Virus record (IMG/VR): IMGVR_UViG_3300030376_006915
Span: 1-43,584 of that record
Length of the DNA: 43,584 nt
From: a virus
Lineage: Duplodnaviria > Caudoviricetes
Strand: one strand, 5' to 3'
The translations under genes were made by a program, and so were the position numbers. The notes under the pieces were generated by a model. That model was not told where the DNA came from, made no database searches, and was given only the letters and a program-made list of their open reading frames with translations. This document shows positions 13,807-24,090 of the stretch, one piece after another. Positions within the stretch are counted from its first letter, which is position 1. Each line of letters begins with the position of its first letter.

Positions 13807-16800
13807 TTAATTTGAACTTGGTTTTACTTTTGTTTCACTAGGCAACGCTTTAGATTCAGATGGTAAAGAAAGTATTGAAGATGGTCCTCCTACAGTTTTT
13901 GGCGTTTGAGGAAGTAATTCATATTCTGACCAACCTAAAAACATAGCTACTCTCACCCAATTGTCATAATCAGAATTTAATGCTCCTAATATGTTTTCTG
14001 TTTTTCTTAGTAATCTATCTAGTGGTATGTTTACAAGAGCTGCTGCTTCTGCCGCCCCAACTAATGCTGGAGGAAACCTACTATCGTATTTACCTGCCTC
14101 TGCGGCTGCTTCTGCTTTTCTTTGTTTATGACTAATAGGTGGTGATATAGAAAGCAACGCGTCTGATATTTCGCCGTAATCTGCAAAAAATTGATTTTCT
14201 TTATTTTTTAATTGATAATATTTTAAACCAGCATCTTTAACAGCAGCTAAAACAGCCCCACTCATACCTGTACCTCTTAATACACTATTTGCCATATTGT
14301 TATACATTCTAGTATATTTTGCAGTTTTAAATTTCTTTTGGGATTCAGTTAATTCTTCATCATCAAACATTGCCGCTAAAATTGCATTTTGTAAAGCATT
14401 AAACATATAGTTTTGAGCAGCTAAATAATAAACAACTTTAGAAACATTTGTTACAGGATCTCCTCTTCTATTTATAAGATCTTGTAAAGCTCTTTTACCA
14501 ATACGTGTATATTGAAAAGGTGTATTACCAAAAGCAAAAATTAAACGACCTAAGTTAGTTGCTTGTATTTCACTAATTCTTGAAGGGTCTGAAGACTGTT
14601 GAGATTCATTTGATATTTGTCTCCAATCTTGATACGCTTTTTCTTCTGCTTTTTCTGTAGTTAATCCTGATTTTATATAAGAGTTTATTCTGTTTCTAAA
14701 GAACGGAGCACCACCAAATGAAATAGCTAAACTATCTGCAGCTTGTGTTGGCGTAAACCCTATTCTTAATAAATATGAAGTAGCGGCTAATATTGGGTTT
14801 TTACTTCTAGTAACAGCATCCATTAATTCTGATTCTTGAATATTTATTTTTAACCCTTTCCTTCTACTAACTAAATAATCTGAATAAAATAACTTTTTAA
14901 AATCTTTAGCAAATTGAGGAGCATTTAAAAAAGCTTTACTAGCTGCTAAAGGATTGTTATCAGACCAGTTTATAAAGTTTACAGCAGAAATAGTTTGTAA
15001 AGTAGCAGAGCGCATGTTAAAAAACATAATAGTCCCTACAGACCCATTTATAAAGTCTTGATACATGTCTACTGTTTTATCCCCTGAAGGCTTTCTATTT
15101 GTACCTGATTTCATTCTAGCAATAGTTTTATCTAAAGTGTCAATAAAATCAGAGCCAAACGCTGCTGTTAATTTAGCTCTATTTGTAGGGTTTAATATAA
15201 TTTCTAAATTGTTACTCCATGCGCTTAAAGCTTTAGGTCTTTTTACTTTGCTAATGCTGTTTGCTAAATCAATTCCAATATTACCTCTTTGCCAATTTGA
15301 TTCTGGCTTTATATATCCTTTTTTCCCAACAGCTCTTGTTAAACCAAAAGCAAAGCTTCTTAAATCAGGATTACCTTCAATAAACTTTACTAATTTATTT
15401 AAATTGGTTTTTGAAAGCTTTGGTATGTCATGCCCAGAGTTTTGAAAAGCATATATTCTAATAGCGTCTTGAACAGTAAACATAGGTAAATCTATTTCAT
15501 CTAATTTTTTAGTTAGTCGTTGGGGAGAAGTTCTAAGTTTTTTCTTTAATTGCTTAAAAGCTTCCATTGTTTCTAAACGCTCTGTTTCTAATTGAGAAAC
15601 CCCTGTTGTATATGGGTCTATTAATAATTCTTTTAATAATTTTAAATCAGAAGTTCCTTGCTCCCCTTTACCAGCTAAGTTATATAATAGTCCTTGCCAA
15701 TCTTCTGCATTATAAGGAATAGACAATTGACCAAATATACCTCTATTGTATGCGTTAGCTTTTTCACCTAATCTTTCTGCTATTGCTAAATCTTTACCAC
15801 TTTTAACTGATTGAGCTCGTGTACTTTTACGGTCAATCATATCTTTTATTAATTTAGATTTTGCTTGTGCTCTTTTTGTTGTTGAAAGTTTTAAGTTATC
15901 ATTTGCTTTATTTTGAGATTGTTTTAAAATCAAACCTTCAGCATCAATATTTAAATCATCTCTTAAAATTATTTCTGATGCAAATAGATTTTTTATATCA
16001 CTTATGCTTTTTCCTTCAATGTTATTTTTAATATAATCTAAATTATTTTGCGAGTACTCTTTTATATATTTTTCTGTTACAAAAGTTTTCTTTACAGTAG
16101 CTACACGCTCATTTAATTTTCTATTTAAACCAGCTAAAATATCGCCATTATTAACTATAAAAGTTTTATATAATCTATTTATAGAATCATTATTACTTTT
16201 TGTGTAATTATTGTTTTTAAGTTTTTGTAAATATTTTTTATAGCTATTTTCTGTTTTAGGCAGTTTATTAAAGTCTTCTTTAATTTTTAATGTTTCATTG
16301 TAACCTTTTTCTTTTTCTTTTAATGTACTTTCGTTTTTTAAATTTTGATTATATTCTTTTGTGGCTCTTTGTACTCCTTCAACAATAGAAACTTCATTAA
16401 TTCTATCAATTAATGATCCTTCTGCAGCTCTAACAGAAGCGGCTTCAAATACATATTTCCAAAAATGAGTTAATGCTACAGCGGTGTTATTATCTTTAGT
16501 TTCTTTACTAAAATTATCAATAACTTCTTTATAATTTTTTTCTGTAGCTGCTTTATATTTAGCTAAAAACGGAATTAAATATTTTTTTTCAAAAACACTT
16601 GTAGCTGGTTGATGCTCTATATAAAACCCTAAGTTTATATTTTGAGGAATATTGGTAGCTATTGTAGTAGCAGTAGCTTTAATATTGCTTTGGGTTGCAC
16701 CATGACTACTTGCTGCAAAAACAAGCCCTGTTAATTTGTTAAGCAATCCTAATTTTCTTGACGCTTCTTGTCCTGCTTCGTTTAATGGGTTTTTATTTAT

Positions 16801-19800
16801 TGTTTTCTTTAAGTTTAATTCTGCAACTTTTAATTCTTTTAAAGAACTGTTTAATAAACTAATTCCATAATTTACACCTTTATCTTGGCGTTTAGCTTCA
16901 TTAATTCCTATTTTTTTATAACCTTTATTAGGGTTTTGCGTATCTTCTAGTCTTAACGATTTTTTATATTCTTCTGTGTTTGTGTCTTGATTAAATCTAT
17001 TTTTTTGAGCCGAGGATAAAGTTTCATCCGGATATATCAATTTAACATAATGATTTATTCCCCCCGCGTTAGCAGCCCATAATTCTTTCAACGCAGAGTC
17101 TTCGCCCATTTCTTCTATAATAGATTTAATCGTACTTCTTTCTTCAGCATTAAATAAATAATCTCTATCTAATTTTTTTGATGCTTTTAATAATCCATTT
17201 GTTGCAAGTTGCCCTGATTCAAACCCAAATTCATTTTCAATATGTTGTACATTATATGTAGGCTCAACAACTTTTCTATTTTTTAAATCATAACTATTTA
17301 GCTCATTCTTTATAGTTTTAATATTTGTAATTGAAAACTTTAAACTTTCTTCTGGAGCTATTGCTTCTTCAAAAGCGTTACCTAATAGTTTACCTGATTT
17401 ATATTGTTTTACTACTTCCGGCATACCGGCTTTTATAATTTCTTGAAGACTTGGATCACTATCAATTTTTCTTTGTAATGTAATACTGTATTTAGTAAAT
17501 CTTCCTCTTTGTATGTTCATTTCAAACTCCTGAATAAATTCATTTATTTCAGTTTCTTGAGTAAGAGGTATTTTTTCTAAAGTTGCGGGGTTGTTTAAAG
17601 CTTGCATTGATTCATCAAAAGCTATTTCTTTTGCAAGAGTATTTATTACAAAAGCTTTTCTTTGAGCATGATTAGAATGTTTTACTCCAAATTCAGATAT
17701 AAACGCTTTTTCAACTTCAGCCCAAGGCTTCTTTTTAAATACTAAATTACCAGCATAAGATTTTTTACCAGTAAAGCTTTCTAATACTCTTACAGGTTTT
17801 CCGTCTTTATCAAATTGTTGTTCTAAAAATAAATTTTTTAAAGCTTGACTTTTTGCTAAATCGCCTAAAGGCATTATTTCATACAAAGCTTCCGCATTTA
17901 ATTTAATATAACCATAATAATCTGTGTTATTAAAAGCGCGTAATTCAGTAGACACATCTTCATAAAGCATGTTTCTTACAGCTATTTTATATTTTTCCCT
18001 AAAGTTCTTACCTTTTTTAATATCAATTTGAGGAAGCATTGTTCCTAATGTTTTTGTAGCCGCCTCTAAAGCTTTTATTTGTAGTTCATTTGAAAGATTT
18101 GCTCTATCTAAAATGTTTCTTTTTTCTTGAGTTTTTGCTACTTCAAGTTCTTTTTCTTGTATTTCTTCTCTTTCTACTTGCTCTGGTAGTGTTTCTTGTG
18201 CGGCAACATCTACTCTTTCAGTTACATCATCAGTAAATTTTTGACCAAATAAATCGCTTGCGAATGCATTCATTCTTAACGGAAGTAATCTTCCAACATA
18301 ACCAGACAGCGTACCACGCCCGTCAAAGCTGTTTATAAGGTCTATAACGCCTCCTTTTTGATAAAGAGCATTCTGTATTAAGTCTTCTTTTAAAACGCTA
18401 AAATCAGGCACGTTTTTATATTTTTGAGACAGCTTAGTTACTAAAGGCTCATACATCATGGCTATTTGAAAAGCACCATCTCCTTTGCTATACGCATCAT
18501 CAATTTCTTTTGCTGTTGTTTTACTAAATTTAGTTCCCAATGTTTTACTTACAACTTTGTTTAAAACGTTTTCAAGTTTTACAGGGGCTTTACCATAATG
18601 AGCACTTTTATTAAAATCTTTTACAAAATTAAATACACCCTCCCCTTCATTATCTTTAAACTTAAATTTAGTTGGTAAATAATTGTTTACAAATTTTCTT
18701 ATAGCATTTAATGAGTTTGCTTTTACAAATTGGCCGTCTGCTATAACATCTGACATAGCGTTCATAGCCTCTTCATAATAGTTTTCGTTTTCAACTATTT
18801 CACCTTCAGGGTTTTGCTCCCTATAACTTTGATCTATTCTAAATTTTACACGAGCATGTAAATCTTTGTCGTTTCTTTTTAAATAAGCTAATAAATCTTT
18901 TCCTGCTTGTGTAACATTATCAGTACCATATTTAATTTTTGCTTGTATATGCAATAACTCGTGAGCAAACACACCTATTCTTTTGTTTTTAACTGCATTA
19001 GGCATGTGAACTATTACTGTGTTTCCTTCTTGCATAGCCTCTAACTCACCGTCTTCTAAAGCCTTTTTAGCTTTCGTTATATCAGCTTGTGTTGCTCCCG
19101 CATCCTTTAATGCTTGTATAGTTTGTTCTACTGTCTCTGTTTTTACAAAGTTTACATCAAGCCCATTGCTTTTTGCATAAGACTTAGCATTAGCCTCTCC
19201 TTTTTCAATTTTTTCTTTATAAGCATTATCTATGTAATTTTTATAAGCTTGATCTTTTATTTGTTTTTCTGTTAATCTAGCGTATGGAGTTGCATCTTTT
19301 CTTAAATCTTTTTTAGCTTGATTGTATAAAGATTGTTTGGATGTTTTACTTAAACTATTATATTGATCAAGCAAATTTAATTCACTGTTATTAAGCATAC
19401 GAGCTTCATACATTTGATACCCTAAAGTTGAGTCAAATTTAACAGCTGTAGCATCTGCAAGAGCTCTTGTTTCTTCTTGTAAGTCTTTATCTGTTAATAT
19501 ATTTTCTCTTCTTTCAATTAAATTATCATATCTTGCTTCTAATTCTTTTTTTGCGGCATCTAATTCTGCAGGTGATAAATCAGTGTTAAAACTTAATTTT
19601 GAAAATCTATCATTGATTTTTCTCATTTCCCTGTTTAACTCTCCTATTTCATAAGCTTGCTCAATACTAATATCCTTTCCTAATCTTGCTACTATATTAA
19701 ATTTTATAGCACTCATTTCTCCTGTTAATTCTTCAATTAGTTCTTGAACTTCAGGATTTTTAGTTGGCATTTTAATATTACCATCAGGTGCATTTTCAAG

Positions 19801-22023
19801 CGAAGTAATACCCGTAAGCTCTCTTAGCTTTTGAGTAATTTCTTTCATTCTAGTATATTCAGATCTTGTAGCTAAAGACATTGCAACAGCTTCATTTACC
19901 GCTTTAGCAACCGGTGCCCCTGCAATTCCAGTACCCATCAATGCTCCTTGCGCAAACGATTCTAATCCTCCTTCAAATAAATTTTTATCTTCTCCTAATA
20001 TAAATATATCACCAAAGTTTTGAGTTAATGTAGTTGCAAGCTCTGAACCTCCCTCTTTACCAAAACCTTTACTAAGTTGTGTTCCTGCAAATTTAAATCC
20101 CTCTTTAATTGTAGTAGGTGGTAAACTTTTTAGAGCTGATTTAACACCTTTTAATAATGATAATGTACCTAATCTTTCAAATACTACTTCAGATATTGCA
20201 TATAATCCTTGTAAGCCTATTTGTTCTATGTTAGATAAATTTAAAGTTTCTTTATCCTTTTTCATTTGGCTTTCAATCTCTACTCTTTGTTCGTCTGAAA
20301 CTCCTTCTGCTAAAAGTTTTTCATTAGCTATCATTCTTTCTACTGCATTTTTTTGATTTATAGCAATATCAATACCTGCGCCTCCAGCTCCTGATAATCC
20401 AAATAAAGGCAAAGCAGCTGGTCCCGTAAAAGCCATAGTCAAAGAGGGTATTAAATTTGTGCTTGATCCAGCAACCCACCTACCAAAATCTTTTGTTGTT
20501 TTAACCTCGCTTATTTCAATAGGTCTTTGAAACGATTCTGTTTCTTTTTTCATTCTTTCCGCGAGTGTAACAATACCTGTTTGACTTTCAAGCATTTTGT
20601 TTCTTTGAGCAGGAGTACTTTGGCGAGCAATAGACGACATTGCTTGTGCTTCGCTCGTTCCCATTCCTGATACTTGAGCAATTTGAAGAGTAGTATATAA
20701 TATGTCTGTACCTAAGCTTTTAAAACTAGTTCTTAATTGTTCTAATCTATTATAGTTAGCTAAAAAGTCACTTACAGCTAATGGCAAAAATTCTTTTTCT
20801 TTAGCGCTTGTAGATAGTGCTATTTGTTTTTCTTGAAGCCTATTAGTTTCTTCTATAAATTTTATTTGTAAGTTTTTAGCTTTTGCGTGTAGTTCGCGAG
20901 AAGTTGGGTTTGCTAAAAAGTTTTTTATTGCTTTTTCTAAAACAGGGAGGGATATTTTTTCATGAGTATTATAATCTTTTTCAAATTGATTTACAGATTT
21001 TTCTAACTCATTTTGTTCTGACCAAGCTATTGCTCCTAAGTCTTTTCTTTGCGTAGAGTTTAAATTATATGCAAAATCATCAGACTTGTTTGAAGCATAT
21101 TTTGTTTTTTTCTCTTGCTTTAATTCTTCTAATTCTTTTTCAGTATAATCAGGCATTACGCCATCTTCTTTAAATTTTAAATAACGCGCTTTATCTTTTT
21201 CATTTCTAAAAGGAAGTTCTTTTTTAAAAGTAGTAGTAGCTAATGGGTCAACACCTGTTTTGAATTGAAATGCTCCTAAATCTCCTCCTTTTTCTTTTTG
21301 ACTATTTTCAATATCTATAAACTTTTCATACCTTGTTAATTCATCAAAAAGTATATTATCATCACTAAGCTCAGTGTCAGCTATTGAAATATTTTTTAAA
21401 TATTCTTCATATAATTCAGAATTACCTTCTTTATTACGCGCTATTTCAGTGTAGTTTTTATTTCCGTTAGTATTTAAAAAGTCATTTAAAACTTTAGCTT
21501 GTCTTGCTAAATATTCTGGTGATTGCTTAGGACCTACTTTAATTCTTCCTGTTTCAACTAAATCTCTTCTACCTGATCCATATCCTTCACCTGGAATAAA
21601 TCTACCACTACCAGAAGATAATATAATTCCGTTTCCTATATTAGCTTCATCTATTTCAATACCTAAACTATTAAGCTGACCTTTAAATTTAGAGTTTATA
21701 TCCTCTTCATTTTCTAAAAGATCTTCAGCTTTAAAATAATCTATATATCCTTCTGGCTTATCCTTTTGTACAGGCGGTTTTGCAATCGGAGCTACAAGTC
21801 TTTGTGATTCCGATAAAGAAGTTCCCGAGGCTAACCCCGAAGCGGCTGCCACGTTTCTTGGTGCTACAGTTGCAGCTGGTCTTGCAACACCCTTTGTCTT
21901 TTCCAAGCTTAGAAGCTTTTGTTTTTCGGCTTCTACTCTTTTTTTAATTTCTTCTTCTGACAAACCTTGATCAACAAGATCGCTTAGTAAAGCATATAAT
22001 TTTTGTTTTATTTCTTCGCTCAT
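13807..22023 (-). CDS. Giant virion cargo/ejection polyvalent protein (2738 aa) with a zincin HExxH motif and a sigma-region-2-like segment
   Basis: Position after the tail and pilot genes; AHELLH (aa 1021) plus downstream YEEAM; G/A-rich membrane-like segments; YEPLVTKLSQKY...EDLIQ...FDG. Confidence 0.75.
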   Translation of the reverse strand: MSEEIKQKLYALLSDLVDQGLSEEEIKKRVEAEKQKLLSLEKTKGVARPAATVAPRNVAAASGLASGTSLSESQRLVAPIAKPPVQKDKPEGYIDYFKAEDLLENEEDINSKFKGQLNSLGIEIDEANIGNGIILSSGSGRFIPGEGYGSGRRDLVETGRIKVGPKQSPEYLARQAKVLNDFLNTNGNKNYTEIARNKEGNSELYEEYLKNISIADTELSDDNILFDELTRYEKFIDIENSQKEKGGDLGAFQFKTGVDPLATTTFKKELPFRNEKDKARYLKFKEDGVMPDYTEKELEELKQEKKTKYASNKSDDFAYNLNSTQRKDLGAIAWSEQNELEKSVNQFEKDYNTHEKISLPVLEKAIKNFLANPTSRELHAKAKNLQIKFIEETNRLQEKQIALSTSAKEKEFLPLAVSDFLANYNRLEQLRTSFKSLGTDILYTTLQIAQVSGMGTSEAQAMSSIARQSTPAQRNKMLESQTGIVTLAERMKKETESFQRPIEISEVKTTKDFGRWVAGSSTNLIPSLTMAFTGPAALPLFGLSGAGGAGIDIAINQKNAVERMIANEKLLAEGVSDEQRVEIESQMKKDKETLNLSNIEQIGLQGLYAISEVVFERLGTLSLLKGVKSALKSLPPTTIKEGFKFAGTQLSKGFGKEGGSELATTLTQNFGDIFILGEDKNLFEGGLESFAQGALMGTGIAGAPVAKAVNEAVAMSLATRSEYTRMKEITQKLRELTGITSLENAPDGNIKMPTKNPEVQELIEELTGEMSAIKFNIVARLGKDISIEQAYEIGELNREMRKINDRFSKLSFNTDLSPAELDAAKKELEARYDNLIERRENILTDKDLQEETRALADATAVKFDSTLGYQMYEARMLNNSELNLLDQYNSLSKTSKQSLYNQAKKDLRKDATPYARLTEKQIKDQAYKNYIDNAYKEKIEKGEANAKSYAKSNGLDVNFVKTETVEQTIQALKDAGATQADITKAKKALEDGELEAMQEGNTVIVHMPNAVKNKRIGVFAHELLHIQAKIKYGTDNVTQAGKDLLAYLKRNDKDLHARVKFRIDQSYREQNPEGEIVENENYYEEAMNAMSDVIADGQFVKANSLNAIRKFVNNYLPTKFKFKDNEGEGVFNFVKDFNKSAHYGKAPVKLENVLNKVVSKTLGTKFSKTTAKEIDDAYSKGDGAFQIAMMYEPLVTKLSQKYKNVPDFSVLKEDLIQNALYQKGGVIDLINSFDGRGTLSGYVGRLLPLRMNAFASDLFGQKFTDDVTERVDVAAQETLPEQVEREEIQEKELEVAKTQEKRNILDRANLSNELQIKALEAATKTLGTMLPQIDIKKGKNFREKYKIAVRNMLYEDVSTELRAFNNTDYYGYIKLNAEALYEIMPLGDLAKSQALKNLFLEQQFDKDGKPVRVLESFTGKKSYAGNLVFKKKPWAEVEKAFISEFGVKHSNHAQRKAFVINTLAKEIAFDESMQALNNPATLEKIPLTQETEINEFIQEFEMNIQRGRFTKYSITLQRKIDSDPSLQEIIKAGMPEVVKQYKSGKLLGNAFEEAIAPEESLKFSITNIKTIKNELNSYDLKNRKVVEPTYNVQHIENEFGFESGQLATNGLLKASKKLDRDYLFNAEERSTIKSIIEEMGEDSALKELWAANAGGINHYVKLIYPDETLSSAQKNRFNQDTNTEEYKKSLRLEDTQNPNKGYKKIGINEAKRQDKGVNYGISLLNSSLKELKVAELNLKKTINKNPLNEAGQEASRKLGLLNKLTGLVFAASSHGATQSNIKATATTIATNIPQNINLGFYIEHQPATSVFEKKYLIPFLAKYKAATEKNYKEVIDNFSKETKDNNTAVALTHFWKYVFEAASVRAAEGSLIDRINEVSIVEGVQRATKEYNQNLKNESTLKEKEKGYNETLKIKEDFNKLPKTENSYKKYLQKLKNNNYTKSNNDSINRLYKTFIVNNGDILAGLNRKLNERVATVKKTFVTEKYIKEYSQNNLDYIKNNIEGKSISDIKNLFASEIILRDDLNIDAEGLILKQSQNKANDNLKLSTTKRAQAKSKLIKDMIDRKSTRAQSVKSGKDLAIAERLGEKANAYNRGIFGQLSIPYNAEDWQGLLYNLAGKGEQGTSDLKLLKELLIDPYTTGVSQLETERLETMEAFKQLKKKLRTSPQRLTKKLDEIDLPMFTVQDAIRIYAFQNSGHDIPKLSKTNLNKLVKFIEGNPDLRSFAFGLTRAVGKKGYIKPESNWQRGNIGIDLANSISKVKRPKALSAWSNNLEIILNPTNRAKLTAAFGSDFIDTLDKTIARMKSGTNRKPSGDKTVDMYQDFINGSVGTIMFFNMRSATLQTISAVNFINWSDNNPLAASKAFLNAPQFAKDFKKLFYSDYLVSRRKGLKINIQESELMDAVTRSKNPILAATSYLLRIGFTPTQAADSLAISFGGAPFFRNRINSYIKSGLTTEKAEEKAYQDWRQISNESQQSSDPSRISEIQATNLGRLIFAFGNTPFQYTRIGKRALQDLINRRGDPVTNVSKVVYYLAAQNYMFNALQNAILAAMFDDEELTESQKKFKTAKYTRMYNNMANSVLRGTGMSGAVLAAVKDAGLKYYQLKNKENQFFADYGEISDALLSISPPISHKQRKAEAAAEAGKYDSRFPPALVGAAEAAALVNIPLDRLLRKTENILGALNSDYDNWVRVAMFLGWSEYELLPQTPKTVGGPSSILSLPSESKALPSETKVKPSSN

Positions 22024-22035
22024 AATATTAAAGTA

Positions 22036-24054
22036 TTAATTATCAAGCCCCAATATTTGAGCTAAGTTATATTTTTTACTTAAGTTTTCAATAAATGTTT
22101 CAAAGTCTTCTCCTCCTCTAGCATATGTATTTTCTAACTCTTGCGCTGTTATGGAAGTTCCATCAGGTTCAGTTATGTTCTCTAATTCAAATACTTTTTC
22201 ATATATATCGAACAAAGATGTTTTACCATTAGTTAATGTCATTTCAAGCGAAACTCCTTTAGAATCTTTAGCAATAGCGTTAGAATCAAATTTAAATATA
22301 CCAAACAACTCGCCATTTTCATCACGTTTATAATCACGTCTAGGATAATTTCCGTCTGCGTCCTTTTGTGTTGCTAAACTCATTTTTAAACCTAAATTTT
22401 CTGATAGCCATGATTCTGTTTGCGGAAATCCTGTTTCAGATAAATCTAATAACATTCTACCTGAATCATAAGCGTTTTCAGAATTATAAGATATTTTATC
22501 AAACGAATCTATAGCGCCTCTCATACCGGTTAATCTTCTGTTTCTTGCTGCTGCAAATTGAAGTTCTGTTCTAGTTGGTCCGGATTCACCTTTTACTGTA
22601 GGCGGTTTTTTACCTTGACTTATAGAGCTTAACTGTTCTTTTATTCCAGTACCTTTTGTAAAAGTATAACCTTTCACATCTTGATTATAAATAGCACTAG
22701 TAGTTCCCATATGTGTTAATTCATCTAATGTATATTCATGTACAATTTCAGCTAAATTAAACACCTGCCCCTCTTCAATATCTTGTAGGCGTATAGAATT
22801 ATTTATTTGAGAATCTCTTACTGCTGTTACGGTTGTAATATATTCTCCATTTTCATTTTTTCTATTTCGACCAGAAGTTATATCCAACGCTAACTGCTCA
22901 ATGTCCTTTTGTGTGTTTGCAAGCCCGTATTGTGCTGCAAGTTGTTTTGCAATTTTAATTGCAGCTGCTGAAACGTTTACTTTTGATCCATCACGAGCAG
23001 TAATTTCAGGATCTATTTCTGGATTTACTCTACCTGCCATTTCATCATCAAAAATTTTATCAAGCTTTACATCGTTTAAATCTATATTTAAAACTTTTCT
23101 ATAATCTTTTTGATATTGATCAAAATTTCTTATAGTTAAAACAGTTTTTATTTGCTTGTTTGGCCCATAACCCACTCCATTAGCATCTCTTAATCCGTTA
23201 TCTATAAGTTTTCCTTCTGCATCTCTTTCGCTACCGTATATTACATCTTGATCGCTGAGTGGCGTTATTCCTTTATTAGAAAATGTTCCATATCTTCTTC
23301 TTGCATTTAAATCATCTGCATCACCTACTATAATTTTATTAGCGTTTGTTAAAACATTAAATATTGTAGGACCTTCTCCCTTTGCTGCGGGTGTTCGTAA
23401 ATCTTCTCTAAGATTATAACCTGCTGCAATCAGTCCTTCAATTTCTTCTACAGTATACCCAGCGTATTCCCCTTTTTCACCTTCTTTCAACCTATCAAAC
23501 GCTTTTATATATGAAATTTTTAATTGACCCGTTTCAGGATCATCAACCATACTAAATCCGCTTTCATTAATTTCTTGAATTGAATCAATAAGCCCTAAAT
23601 AAGCAAGTTGATTTTCGTCTTGACTAAGTGATATTAATCTTCGTTTTTCAGGTGTCATATTTTGCGCTTCTTCCGCTACAGTTGTTAAAATATTACTTAC
23701 TCTATTAACTTTTTTTAATCTTTCTCTTTCGGATTTTTTTACATCTAGCTCTGTAAAATTTCTTCCTCTAGCGGCGTCTGCATACATTGTAGCTAAAACA
23801 GAAGCGTCATTAATAAAATAATTTTCTATAACATTGTCAAACTGGATATCTCCTGTGTCAACTATTGTGTCAATTTTTCCTTCTACATCAAAAAGATAAT
23901 TTTTACCTGCTTGAATACTTTCTTTTTGTTGTTTAATTTTTGCAAGTAAAGGGTCCATAACTTGTTTTACCAAAGCTGCTCCATATTGCATGTTTCTTGC
24001 AAATATTTCTCCGTAATTTGGGGGCGTAATTATTTGAGGATTCCTATAACTCAT
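22036..24054 (-). CDS. Putative internal virion (cargo) protein (672 aa)
   Basis: Long ORF between the pilot-like protein and the giant protein; function inferred from synteny only. Confidence 0.6.
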   Translation of the reverse strand: MSYRNPQIITPPNYGEIFARNMQYGAALVKQVMDPLLAKIKQQKESIQAGKNYLFDVEGKIDTIVDTGDIQFDNVIENYFINDASVLATMYADAARGRNFTELDVKKSERERLKKVNRVSNILTTVAEEAQNMTPEKRRLISLSQDENQLAYLGLIDSIQEINESGFSMVDDPETGQLKISYIKAFDRLKEGEKGEYAGYTVEEIEGLIAAGYNLREDLRTPAAKGEGPTIFNVLTNANKIIVGDADDLNARRRYGTFSNKGITPLSDQDVIYGSERDAEGKLIDNGLRDANGVGYGPNKQIKTVLTIRNFDQYQKDYRKVLNIDLNDVKLDKIFDDEMAGRVNPEIDPEITARDGSKVNVSAAAIKIAKQLAAQYGLANTQKDIEQLALDITSGRNRKNENGEYITTVTAVRDSQINNSIRLQDIEEGQVFNLAEIVHEYTLDELTHMGTTSAIYNQDVKGYTFTKGTGIKEQLSSISQGKKPPTVKGESGPTRTELQFAAARNRRLTGMRGAIDSFDKISYNSENAYDSGRMLLDLSETGFPQTESWLSENLGLKMSLATQKDADGNYPRRDYKRDENGELFGIFKFDSNAIAKDSKGVSLEMTLTNGKTSLFDIYEKVFELENITEPDGTSITAQELENTYARGGEDFETFIENLSKKYNLAQILGLDN

Positions 24055-24090
24055 ATTTTATATTTTTTTAAAATCTATATTTATTTTTTA

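Noticed and set aside
13807-22023. Giant protein as a crAss-like or N4-like virion RNA polymerase
   Set aside because: No DFDID/NADFDGD-type or recognisable single-subunit RNAP motifs found by eye; a profile search is needed to exclude it fully.
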